A stretch of DNA of 64,000 bases from Thalia democratica (Eukaryota): assembly GCA_965202585.1 (NCBI GenBank), contig OZ241828.1:72726001-72790000 (forward strand), written 5' to 3'. Shown one piece after another: positions 37,101 to 48,903 of this stretch. The notes under the pieces are model-generated. The model made no database searches. It saw only the letters and a program-made list of their open reading frames with translations, and was not told where the DNA came from. How positions within the stretch are numbered: position 1 is the stretch's first letter; every line of letters starts with the position of its first letter. The position numbers and the translations under genes were made by a program.

Positions 37101-38900
37101 AATATACCTCTTTTAGTAGTTTTTTCTATTTCAAAATTGTAAGATAATTAAAGTATGTGTTATAATTTTTAATAATATATTTGTCGTTTAAAATCTTTAT
37201 GACAAGTAATGACCGATTGAAAGAACAAAGTAAATGTTTTGAAACTTTATCGTAAAAAAAAACATTTTCTGTTGTTAAAATTTCTGATATCTAAACATGT
37301 TTTGCTTTACTTAACTATAAACTATTAAAATTTTTTTGTATATTATTGATAGTACATTTTTACTTTAAGTATTATTTACAATAAATTTTTATATTCCTCA
37401 ATATTAGTTGATTATTGTACTTTTAAACAGTACTGATGCTTAGTGGTACTGTTTTGATAGATAAGTAGTATTTAATAAATGTACAGTTAAGTTTAAAATG
37501 ATACTTGATTATTTCTTTTTTTACGGTTTAATGTTAAATCTTTTTACTTTTAATAACATCATAATTAGCTGCACGTGGTAATATAAATAATCCTTTAAGA
37601 TTGTTGTTAGATATACTTCTTTTGTTAGTTTACCTCTTTAATCAAAATTTAAAATAATGAACGTTTTGTTAAATTTAAATCATGTACATGTCGTTTAAAA
37701 TGATTTAAGTTGTTAACTCTTTTATAAAGTTGTTTTTGATTGCTTAGCATATTAATGTAGAATGAGGTAAACTAAAGTTATGAAGAAAATTTCTTTAAAT
37801 TGTCATAATTAAACGAGCAATACATACATGGAAGACCTGAGATTTTTTGTCAAGAGTTTTGTCTTTAAAATTAATCATATGTGATTGTTATGCCTAATTA
37901 TTTCATTAATTACAATACTTTTACCTTTACTTAGTATTTTGTTTATTAGTTTTTACTTTGAGTAACTTGTTTTGTATGTATAAAATTTACATTTAATTAT
38001 CAGCAGATGCTTTTTTGATATACTAGTTTTAGCACATAACCAGAAAGTCAGGTATGTTGAAAAATTTTTATATTTTTTTCTGAATTATTCTGTTTTTTTT
38101 TTACGCTTTAAATATGAATTTTATGGGTTTAGATAATATTGTCTGTAGGTGGTACTGATTATAATTTAATTAAAGTATTGCTTAAAGATAAGAAATCGTT
38201 ACAAACGCGTTAAGTAATTTTAAAGTTTAAGATAATCTATTTTATTATATTTTTCATTTCTTTTTAATTAGGTAAGCTAGACTAAAGTCATGTTTGTTTT
38301 TGATTATAATAGTATTTTAATTGGTCAGTCCAGTACAAACATAGTGTTATGCTTATTACGTAACAAGATATTAAATATCGACCTAAAATAATTTTTGTAT
38401 AAACATACTCAAAATACTTTTAAATCTACTGTAATATTTGTGAACTTTTATATTCAAACAATTTATTACTATTAATTTGATTTTTTTTATATTTACTTTT
38501 AAGTCTTCTGCCTGTTTATAAACTATGTTTTTTTATTTTAAGAAAAATTTATCTATTTAGTTTTTTTTCTAAATTCTAAATCTTTGAAAATGATTTTAAA
38601 CTTTAATGTGCAATAATTTTTTTAGTTTAATTTTAAAGATTAACTTGGTTATTTATCTGAACTTCATTAAAAGATAGTACAGTTACCTGTCACTTAGGTA
38701 CGCACTTTGAACACAGCGAAAAAGTGCATACCCAAACGGCAGTGCATACCTAAAAAGCTTTGGTTTTTAATTACCCATATTAAGCCTAAAAAAAGCCAGT
38801 AAAGTTTACAAACGAAATCTCTTCAAAAAAAAACTTTAACTATAACAACAGAACTTATTTCTTAAAGTTATGTTAGAAGCCTTGTGAATCTTTAATTATA
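34200..38900 (+). repeat. Diverged segmental/tandem duplication unit U3
   Basis: 37200-38880 aligns closely by eye with 28070-29790; upstream landmarks are shared with U2. Confidence 0.85.
35310..35460 (+). promoter_or_regulatory. CRE + X-box cassette copy
   Basis: TTACGTCA 35404-35411, cacgtgac, ttaccacgggaat. Confidence 0.45.
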
Positions 38901-38974
38901 CATAAAAATGCACAAGTGCTATAAGTTTTGTAAGATTATAATAGACTGTATTACAGTAACTGTAAATTATAAAG

Positions 38975-39512
38975 TCACTGTAACTTTTTAAATTTTAGAG
39001 ATTAAGATATAAAATTAATGTGGTTATTCATAAAGTATTCAACATTATGTTTGAAAAGTTTTAGAGTTATTTAAGCAAAATTGTAGAAGATATGTATAAA
39101 ACAAGAACAACGTTTACTCTTAGAACAGTAAAACTTTAAAAAAATATGTTTTAAACTAAGTTTTTTATGTAAGCAAAGTGACATTTGAAATCGATGTAAC
39201 TTTGTTTATATTTGAAATAAAAACATATTATTAATTATGATTTGTAATATACAATTTAAGATTATGTTTGCAAAGTTTTATTTGGTTTTAAGCTCAAATG
39301 TAGAAAATAAGTCAAAAGTAAAGACAACATTTACTTTCTAAAGCAAAAATTTTGAAGAAGTTTCGTAAAACTATGATAGACTGTAACTTTTTATATTTTC
39401 GAGATTAAGACAAAAAATAAATTTTGATTGTTATAAACTATTTAAGGTTATGTTGGTAAAGTTTTAGAGCTATTTAAGCAAATTTGTAGAAGATATGCAA
39501 AAAACAAGAACA
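38975..39512 (+). repeat. Local direct duplication of about 140 bp (38975-39112 and 39376-39512)
   Basis: ctgtaacttttt...gagattaaga...aaagttttagag.tatttaagcaaa.ttgtagaagatatg...aaaacaagaacaac occurs twice. Confidence 0.8.
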
Positions 39513-39944
39513 ACATTATGAACAACAAGTGCGATACTTCTGTCTTTAGAATGTACTAAATTAACATCGAATGATAGTTAAATGTTTTTATAGTTTATGT
39601 AAGAGTCGAACAGTATTTTAATAGTAAGCTTACAAAATTTGTTCGTATTTTTTTTTTTGATAACGTTTATATTTTTGTTGATAAACTATCATATAAGTTT
39701 ATATAAGCTGATAAGCTTTTTGTGCTTATAAAATTTGTTTATAATTTTTTTTTTGATAACGTTTATATTTTATTCGATTATTTTTTATATATCTGTTTAT
39801 TATTAATGGACTACATTTTTAGGACAATTTCTACTTTAGCCAACATTAGTCAAGCTATTGTTATTGTAGTTACTCATGCGGAAATTTTAGGAATTTTTTT
39901 ACTTTAGCCAACTTTAGCCAGTTAAGATCACAATATTTATGAAT

Positions 39945-41690
39945 TAGAAGAAAAATCAGCAAAATTCCTTGTTGGAAAGTTAACAAATTGTTTTACACCT
40001 ACACTAGAAATACAGTTTAATTAATCAACAGTACGCCGGTCATATTTTAGCAAATTAATATTCACATCACCACCAAAAGCATAATCCTTTTTTCTCTCAC
40101 ACAAATAATCTATAGCATGAAGAAATTTTTTTTCAAAAGGAGCAAATACAGAACTCAGATGTCTATACAAATTACCAACTATAACACATTTACTGTTTTC
40201 AAGTTTAACACTAATCCACACATCATCCAAATCACATTGGTTTAAAGACATATATTCTATAACCTCGTAGTCAAGACAATTTTTCACAAAGAAAGCAACA
40301 CCTCCAGATTGATTACTTTTAGAAGTTCTGTTCACAAACTCATAACCCTCCAATTTACCAATAAAAGGTCTCATACTAGTCAGCCAAGTTACATCAAGCA
40401 AACACTCAACTGAATTCAAAAATTCTTCAATTTTATACACATTTGCATTCAAACTTCTTATATTCATATAAACAATACTAATGCTATTTATATTACCAAA
40501 TTTAAGATCATTTAAATCCAAGTAACACTCATCTTTTCTTTTTGAAGAAGCAGATTTATTAAGTTTAGAAAAATAATCATAATCTAAATTATTCACACTC
40601 TGAAAATGAAAGACAGAGTTTTCACTGTTATAACAATAAAATTAACAAATACCTTTTTTATATTCACAAAGTTTTATATTTTCTCCAGTAGCACACTTAA
40701 CATGACATGTTTTAAAACATAAAAAGCAACTTAAATGATTTTTAAAATTTTTACAAGGCAATTTACATTCATAACATACAGATTTTTTTGTTTCACAATT
40801 TTTGCTAAAAAAAGGTAAACCATTTTCACTCATCTTAACTAAACTCTTGTTACATAAAGTGGAACATTTATGATGCATCCACATTAAGCAACCATCACAA
40901 TACAAGCACTCATCTGAAGAAAATTTTCTTTAACAAATTTTAATAAATTCATCATTTCCTACATTAACTAATTTATACTCACTCACACAGTCTTTACAAT
41001 AAAAATGATCTTTATTTATAGATGTATGAAAATTATACTCATAATTATTTAAATCAGAACATTGGACATGTAACCATCTCTCATAATTGTCACAACAAGT
41101 AGAATCCACATTTGGGGGTTCAAAGTCTTTTTGACACACCCCTGCAAACACATTCTAAACTAACTAAACTATCTAATTTAAGTTTTAAAGAAGTAGTCTA
41201 AACATATAATATTTTTTAAATATAATTATAAGATACAAATAGCTTATTGTGGGCTCTACAGTTTTTCAATATCTTAAACTGAGTTGATAACAATTACTTT
41301 TGACTTCTCATCCTTTCTCAACAAAATAGTGCCACTTGTGAATCATAATTCTAACCTTTTTCTTTTTGAAACCTTCTAACAAAATAAAAGAAAGTTTCTG
41401 CTAGTTTTTGACAAATTTTCATTAAGATAAACCCTTTTGCCATTATGTCATTCAAATCAGCATTAAATAACTTCTTTTTTTCTTTCATTACTTTAACATT
41501 TTGGTCTCAAGATTTGAATGTAACTATTATAGGATTAAACATTCTCATTCCTTACTTCTACTCTAGGTTGGTTCCATCATGTATGGTGCTCAAGCGCCTA
41601 ATTTTTCCGACCTGATGTCTCTCTATTCTTGGATCTACTTTCTTCTAAACCTTCATTGCAACAATCTTGACATATGAAAGCTTAAACTAC
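39945..41690 (-). mobile_element. Degenerate CR1/L2-clade non-LTR retrotransposon: ORF1 C-terminus, PHD fingers and APE endonuclease; RT absent
   Basis: 41250-41690 reads PIIVTFKS...KKKL...VYLNENLSKTSR...TSGTILLRKDEKS..IVINS..DIEKL with stops and frameshifts (ORF1 type). 40642-41151 has repeated C..C..W.H..C PHD motifs. 40021-40596 has YMNIRSL, (E)TWL, GGVAFFV, GNLYR, GDVNINLL and then KQFVNFPTR (APE). Confidence 0.88.
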
Positions 41691-41759
41691 AAGCTAGTTT
41701 TTATAAAATTAAAAAATATTTTCTAATTTTTCAGATATTGTAATTTATATAAAACGTTT

Positions 41760-42130
41760 CCAATTTTTTTGGGGTCAATTTTCTTGAAAATTAAAAAAAT
41801 TACTAAAAATCTATCTCCTCCTTCATTTTTTGAGCTAGAAACCTCAAATTTTCAGGAAACATTCCTTTCATAATTTAAAAGACTTTGAATGTTGGAACTT
41901 TAAAAATATTAAGAAATAAAAATTAGAGATTAAAAATCCAAAAAAATAGGTGGTTTTTCATTAATAAAAGTTTTTTATTTCAAAATTTGAAAAATTTCTG
42001 CATTCAATGTTTTTAAAATTTAATAATAAACTTTCTGTGAAAATTTGAAGATTGCTTAAAAAATGAAGCATGAGATAGGTTTTTAATTGAAATTTTTTTT
42101 TGGACAGACTAGTTTAAAATGGCTGCATTG
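41760..42130. mobile_element. MITE-like repeat, same family as 30085-30440
   Basis: ggggtcaattttcttgaaa...aatctatctcctccttcatttt, with an inverted counterpart aaaatgaagcatgagatagg at about 42060-42080. Confidence 0.55.
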
Positions 42131-42832
42131 AAAAAAAAAAAAAGCTTTAATGTTAAATGTTTAATAAAGTGAAATTTGTGTTTATGATACATCTGACAAC
42201 TGGATACATACTCATGTTTAAGAAAAAATTTTAATTTAAGTACTTGGTTTTATTCTTTAATCAAAAATTTTACTTGAAGTTTATAAAGAAAATGCAATAA
42301 TATGGATGTCACACACTATGCCTAGTTTAAATCTCTTTCAGGTTGTATTAAAACTCTTGCTCTTTTTAAGATTTTTTTCAAAGAAGGGTTATCACACATT
42401 CATGATTATCAGGATAACTCAAAATATTAAAATTTTTTCTGATGTTATTATACCTTAAAAAAAAATATTTTTTTAATTATCAAGACAAAATTTTTTTCTT
42501 CAATGAGATTTAGTTGATCCTGTTTCAACATTTTATTATTATATATAACCAATTTATTTTTATTTTTTATTGAAATGCTTATAAAAATTTTGTATTGCTT
42601 GCTGCTAGCTCTTCACTTCTCTTACTCCAGCATATAAATGGGGTTTTTCTTTTTTTATGTAAAATAAAAATGAACATAACATTTAATTAGTTTTTGATGT
42701 ATAGGAAATAAGTATAAGAAATAAAATGTACTACTTATTTAACTGCCCTTTATTATAATATGTATGTTTTGTTTTAATATACAATGTTTACTTTTTAATA
42801 AGTATATTTTTAGCTGTATAAATTTTTAAAAC

Positions 42833-42865
42833 ATGGAACTGTCAGAAGAAGAAAAAGAAAAGAAA
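42833..42865 (+). CDS. NSMCE3: MAGE/NSMCE3 coding exon 1
   Basis: ATG ELSEEEKEKK |GTTTGT, phase 0 into SNQLVQ. Confidence 0.75.
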
Positions 42866-45800
42866 GTTTGTATTTATTTAAAAATGAAAAATAGTTTTTT
42901 TAACTACTTTATTTTGTTATAGTTATCACTAGTTTAAATTAACATATTTAGTTTTTAATTTTACAAATTATGATTTACATTTGTTTTTAAAAGTATGGAA
43001 AGTATATTTAACAATCAGACTTATACTATAAGATACAAAAGACTATATTAGTATGTAAGTTATTTAACTGAAAGTACATTTTTTGTTAAAGAAATGTTTG
43101 ACCATTTTTTTTAATATATTAAGATTTACAGGACTGTTGTATGCAAATCAAATACAGTTTTATAGTTTTTCATAAACCTTTTTTATTTTTAACAGTCAAA
43201 TCAGCTTGTGCAGCTGTTTTTAGTGTGGCAGAAACGCATTTCTCCTCTAAAGAAGAGAGATATTATGACTCATGTTTTAAAGGTATCTGTTAAATTAAGT
43301 AAATTGTTAATATTTATTATTTCTGTAAAATTGCTGTTTTTATAAATGTTTTGAGTTTGATTTGGAATTAAAATTTGAAGCCTGTAAATCATCTTCATTT
43401 AAACAAAAATATTTTGAACAGGACCATAAAGGGTCATTCAATGAAATTTTCGTGGAAGCCCAAAAGAAACTGAAAGCAGCCTTTGGTTTTCAAGTCAAAG
43501 AGCTGAATGAAGGGGGTAAAAAGTGTTACGTGCTTTTGAATCTCATGAATGAAGAGAATGTTGACCCGGTTAAGTTAGTTTTGATTGAAACACTGTACGC
43601 ATTAGTTTATTTGTTAGCTGAAGTACTATTCTAGTTAGTGAATAATATTTTCTTTGCATAAAAATTATTACTATGTTTATACATTTATGAGCTACATTAT
43701 ACTTGTGTTAACTTAACTATAACAAATGTTAGCTTGTAAATAGATTAAAATTTTGACACATGTCCAACAGTTATGAAGACGAAAGGAGAGGGATTCTAAC
43801 CTTTATACTAACTACTATTTTCATGAAAGGAGGCACTTATCCTGAAAGTAAGTTGTCTTAATTTTTTACACTGCACATCTTTAACTACAATTATTTTAAA
43901 TATTTTTTTATTTACGTCTTCTATTTTATTGACTTAATTATAACAGTTTTTGCCGCAGGTTAATTTTGTATTTTCAATTTTGTTTGTTTTTGAAATATTG
44001 TTTCCAAGCTTTAAATAAGCCATTGGCCACATAAATCTACTTGAATGGCTGCAGTTTGTCCATCCTTACCCTATTACTTTAAATGAGTAAATACACAATA
44101 AATATACAATTAAGCCATGTTTATTTGATTTAAAAATTATAAACAGGCAGCCTCATATATTTACTCATTGATAGAGTGAAAATAGGAAAAGATAATGAGG
44201 TATTTGGTGATGCCAAAAAGCTACTCGCAGATTTCATCGCTCAGCAGTTAGTTTTGTTATAATTACATCATTTTCATTAAGTATAGTTACAAAAAATGTT
44301 AATTTTACTTTTCATTCCAACTCTATTTTCATTCCAACTCTATTTTCATTCCAATGGTTTATTTTCTTTATAGATATTTTTTGTCCTTGTTTAGTTAAGG
44401 AGTACAGCTTAATTTTTTGGTCATATCATAAGATTCATATGAGGGGATATGATTTGGATGTGTTTTTGCTTTATTAAGAAGAATCTAAAAAAAAGAATTA
44501 AACTTTTGCAAAAAAAAAAGTTGCTGCCCAAAAAATTAATTTCAACTGCAAAAGCAGCATACTTTTCAATTTTTTGACTTAAACAGTAATAAAATCACTT
44601 ATACATGTCCTAGACTTAAAATTTAAATCTTTAATGAAAGCTTATAGTTGTAGGCATAAATTAAAGACATTTCGACTGTTTTTGATAATAATGATGTCAC
44701 TATTACACAAAATATGCAAATTTTGTCTGTAAAATCTTACTTTTTTTCTAATATAAAAAGCAAATTCTTCTGCTATTTTTACTTATAGTTTTTTTTTTAA
44801 TTTTAAATTTAAATGTGTGTAGTCAGCTAGACAGAAAGATATTACTGATGTAATGCCATTTCAATTGCATATTGATATAGATATTAAATATATTTTAAAT
44901 CATTTTCTGTTATTAGAAATTATGATTATTGAGAGCACCTATCTAAGAGTTTTAGTTTGCGCCTTCCATAAGGATCCTATTGTTGCCTCCAACTTTGACC
45001 TGCTATATTTCAAAAATTATTTTGAATTTTTTTAATTTTTTAAAAAGCATCTTGTAGCTTAGTAAAAATAAAATTAAATTAAAAAAAAAGTGTTTTACCC
45101 CACCTATGCCCTTAAGTTTATAAAGTATTATACATTTAATTTAATAAAAACTTAGTTTGTTTAAATGTTTCAATTCTCTAATTTAAAAGCGTAGTATCAA
45201 ATCATTTTTAGTTTTAAACTCATAGCAGTTTATCATTATTGTATTTACTTGTATGAAAGCTATTTACAAGACTGAGCACTTAGCAATGTATAAACTTTTA
45301 TCTTTGAAATATATAAAAGCTTATATTTTGCTAGGGCTATATTATACACATAGTAAAATTCCATTTTACTAGGTATTGAGTTGATATAAACTATTATTCA
45401 ATTTATTGTTATTTAATAATGTTAACCTAAGCATATTCATAGTAGAAAAGTATTATAATAAATCTGAGTTGATAGTAGATATAGTTTACTGTTTTATTAA
45501 AATAGTATAATATTGTTTCTTTGGACACTCTTTTTTTTTTCTCTAGGAATTGCTCCAAATGCACTTATTTAAAGTAATCAATTACAATTACTTACAATTT
45601 TCGTTTAACTTTGGTTTTTGATATAACATATCCTTCTCAAAAGCTCTTTGCTATTAGAATATTTAGCATTTGTTCTACGCCAAAATCAAAAAAGGTGCAA
45701 AACTGTGTTTCTGCATATTCGAAAGCCCTCAATTTACATTGGACCAAAGCATTTGGTGAAGGACATGTTATAAAAAACCAAAGTTAAACGAAAATTGTAA

Positions 45801-48800
45801 GTAATTGTAATTGATTACTTTAATGAGTGCATTTAAAGCAATTCCTAGAAAAAAAAAGAGTGTCCAAAGAAACAATACTATACTATTTTAATAAAAGAGT
45901 AAACTACATGTACTATCAACTCAGATTTATTATAATACTTTTCTACTATGAATATGCTTAGGTTAACATTATTAAATAACAATAAATTGAATAATAGTTT
46001 ATATCAACTCAATATCTAGTAAAATAGAATTTTACTATGTGTATAATATAGCCCTAGCGAAATATAAACTTTTATATATTTCAAAGATAAAAGTTTATAC
46101 ATTGCTAAGTGCTCAGTCTTGTAAAAAGCATTTATACAAGTAAATACAATAATGATAAACTGCTATGAGTTTAAAACTAAAAATGATTTGATACTACACT
46201 TTTAAATTAGAGAATTGAAACATTTAAACAAACTAAGTTTTAATTAAAATAAATGTATAACACTTTATAAATTTAAACTAATAGTAGTGTGAAAACATTA
46301 ACATACTTAAAGCTAAAATAAAAAACTTAATACAGATAAATAGTTAATGTTTAATTAAATAAAAACTCTTTATATTTAAAAATAAAATTAGACTAATTTT
46401 AATAAATTTACATGCAGTTTCTATGATAAATAAGTCTAGAAATTTTACTCTTAGATAGGTGCTCTCAATAATCGTTATTTCTAAAAACGGAAAGTGATTT
46501 AAAATGTATTTAATATCTTTATCAACATGCAATTGAAATAGCATTACATCAGTAATATCTTTCTAACTGCTGACTCCACACATTTTACATTCAAAATAAA
46601 AAGAAGTAAGATTTTACAGACAAAATTTGCATATTTTGTGTAATAATGATGTCATAATACATCAAAAGCAGTCGAAATGTCTTTAATGTATGCTTACAAT
46701 TATAAGCTTTCATTTAAGATATAAATTATAAGTCTAGAACATGTATAAGTGATTTTATTACTGTTAAAGTCAAATAGTCAAAAAATATGCGACTTTTGAG
46801 GGTTGAAATTGTTTTTTTGGGCAATAACTTTTTTTTTAGAAAACTTTAATTTTTCTTATTAGACTCTACTTAATGAAGCAAAACACATCCAAATCATATC
46901 CCCTCATAAGTCCAGCAAAAATCACCCAAGTACTCCTATGTTTAAACAGCAAACGTAGAAAAACCTTTCTCTACATTACAATTTAAAAACATTAGTGTTT
47001 CGCTGTCCAACAAAGTTCGGATGTTCACAAAGTTTAGTTAAAGCTTATATTAGTTTAAACATTTTTAATCATCATTACTAATGGACAGTCAAGTTAGTTA
47101 ATTTAAGTTTAGCATATTGAAAAAAAATGATTTTTCTAAAAACATTTTTGTCCGGACCTTTAGAATTTAAACTTATATTACATTAATACTGATAAATTTG
47201 TTGTATTGGTTAATAACATTATTTTTTTTAACATAATTAAGGGCTTTCTAATTGCAAACAATTTTTTTTGATTTTTTTTTTGCAAATTAATAATAAATGA
47301 GTATTAGCTATTTTTAAGCAAGTTTCAAAGTTGAACAATGTTTATAACATACTTACTACGGTACATTTAAAATTTGCTTTTCTACACGTGTAAAATTCAC
47401 AACAATAATTAGCTTGCGGCAGATCTTAACTCTGACATGAGAACAAACCAATATGTGTGTTTATTTACAATTCAGACACCTGAAAAACACAAAAAAATAA
47501 AACTTAACTGGATGAAAATAAACTTTTTTATTCAGATACTCCAACGAGAGAATAAACTAATGTGTTTTTTTTTCAGATACCTGAAAAAGACGAAGATACC
47601 AACGACAAACCCGACCCAGTTCGAGTACAGTTGGGGAGTGAGGGCTGATTTGGAAGTGAGCAAAATAAAAATTCTCGAACACGTTGCCCAGGTAACTGTT
47701 TGTTGATTATTAAAAAATATAATTATTGTTAGTATAATCTTTGTTATTGTTTAAATACTAACAGAAGGCTATGGTCCCTAAGCAGTGTAAAAAATATAGA
47801 AAATAATTTGGCTTTTAATAACTTTTTTTTAAGCTTTTAAAATTTTTATAACATTTTTTTAGATTTCATTTATAGAAAAATTTATTTGAAACAAGTATAA
47901 AAAATTGTTTTAATTTCCAATTTAATTTGTTAATTTTCCCTAGAGTAGGGGTGGGCAACGTACGGTCCGTGGGGTAAAATGACTGGCCCACGATTGAAGT
48001 TACAGGCCGGTAAAGGTCAATTTTACAAATTTTATATTAAATTTTGCATCATATTTTTACAAAACAAAACTGTAAGAGTTAGACTTTAAAAACATGACTT
48101 TCGAAATGACTGTTAAATTTAATGTGTACTGATAAAAACAATATTCTGTCCTAATGTTTTGTGTTATTCCAACTTAATTGGAATATTCTATAGTCAATTT
48201 ACCTCAAGCAAAGTATTTATTTAGTTATGATTATTTACACACCTACCTTTGTCAATAACCATGTCAAATCTATTTATAGATATTATTAGTACTGACATGT
48301 CTCAATCTACATCTCAAGTTGTCACAATTGGGAATTTTTCTGAATTAGAAGGATTCAAAAAAGTAATCAACCGTATCCATAAAAATAGATTCTAGCCGGA
48401 TACGAGACTTTTATGTAAATAAGAATCCGACCGGATCCAGATCTTGACTTAAAATTAGTACCCAGTCGGATCCAGATAATATTTCCAAATTAGGATCTGG
48501 CCAGAGCCAGATCTAAAAAGGCATTAATAATTTGTAATATTCGCATTAATTGGTAAATCAATAATTCGAAATGCTCTGGCCCACTAAGGACTAAATTTTT
48601 TCCGATCTAGCCTTACAAATAAAAACTTTGCCCTACCTAGGTCTAGAAAAATTAGAAACTAAAGTCTACAAGCTATTTGCTGACACGAACGAATGTTCTT
48701 ATTTACGATATCACAATAAAATGGTTGTTTTTAAACAGACATTCGGAATAAGCAACATCGCGTTGTACCACTCTCAGTACGAAGACGCTATCGAGAGCGA

Positions 48801-48903
48801 AAGGAATGCGCTGATTGGTGGAGAGCCGATCAAAACCAGCCAATCGCCGCCGAAGAAAGTCATCAGGAATTTGAACGCCTACCACCCTTCTTCGCAGAGA
48901 TAA
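42833..48903 (+). CDS. NSMCE3: MAGE-homology-domain protein, ancestral MAGE / NSMCE3 (Nse3, SMC5/6 subunit) orthologue, 242 aa. Exons: 42833-42865, 43196-43282, 43422-43573, 43771-43847, 44147-44246, 47577-47691, 48739-48903
   Basis: Seven GT-AG exons sum to 729 nt in one frame. MAGE motifs: NQLVQLFLVWQKRISPLKKRDIMTHVLK, FNEIFVEAQKKLKAAFGFQVKEL, GILTFILTTIFMKGG, VFGDAKKLLADFIAQQYLKK..IP.TNP.QFEYSWGVRADLEVSKIKILEHVAQ, SQYEDA. Confidence 0.93.
43196..43282 (+). CDS. NSMCE3: MAGE/NSMCE3 exon 2
   Basis: tttttaacag|SNQLVQLFLVWQKRISPLKKRDIMTHVLK |GTATCT. Confidence 0.9.
43422..43573 (+). CDS. NSMCE3: MAGE/NSMCE3 exon 3
   Basis: ttttgaacag|DHKGSFNEIFVEAQKKLKAAFGFQVKELNEGGKKCYVLLNLMNEENVDPV AA|GTTAGT. 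Confidence 0.9.
43771..43847 (+). CDS. NSMCE3: MAGE/NSMCE3 exon 4
   Basis: tgtccaacag|T YEDERRGILTFILTTIFMKGGTYPE A|GTAAGT. Confidence 0.9.
44147..44246 (+). CDS. NSMCE3: MAGE/NSMCE3 exon 5
   Basis: ttataaacag|GC SLIYLLIDRVKIGKDNEVFGDAKKLLADFIAQ CA|GTTAGT. Confidence 0.9.
44309..44354 (+). repeat. 17-bp tandem repeat, 2.7 copies
   Basis: TTTTCATTCCAACTCTA repeated. Confidence 0.85.
44438..46908. mobile_element. Foldback-type long inverted repeat (about 1.2-kb arms, 121-nt loop) in MAGE intron 5
   Basis: Outer ends tatgaggggatatgatttggatgtg / cacatccaaatcatatcccctcata. Inner arms about 45115-45636 and 45758-46270 are near-identical reverse complements. The mirrored ORFs 44853+ and 46344- confirm the symmetry. 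Confidence 0.92.
47577..47691 (+). CDS. NSMCE3: MAGE/NSMCE3 exon 6
   Basis: ttttttttcag|A YLKKTKIPTTNPTQFEYSWGVRADLEVSKIKILEHVAQ |GTAACT. Confidence 0.93.
47946..48640. mobile_element. hAT/Charlie-like MITE in MAGE intron 6, containing a GGATCC-family remnant (48370-48525)
   Basis: taggggtgggcaac.tacgg.ccg.ggg ... tttgccctaccta; both flanks contain CTAGA (Charlie-type target site). Confidence 0.7.
48739..48903 (+). CDS. NSMCE3: MAGE/NSMCE3 terminal exon
   Basis: gtttttaaacag|TFGISNIALYHSQYEDAIESERNALIGGEPIKTSQSPPKKVIRNLNAYHPSSQR TAA. Confidence 0.85.
   Translation, partial: TFGISNIALYHSQYEDAIESERNALIGGEPIKTSQSPPKKVIRNLNAYHPSSQR

Noticed and set aside
44853-46544. Similar ORFs 44853-45035 (+) and 46344-46544 (-)
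   Set aside because: They are mirror images from the two foldback arms, not a gene pair.
47930-48738. Idea that the Charlie-like MITE disrupted the last MAGE acceptor and that ORF 48628 starts there
   Set aside because: MAGE homology resumes only at 48739 after gtttttaaacag, in phase with exon 6, so the MITE and the first 37 codons of the ORF are intronic.
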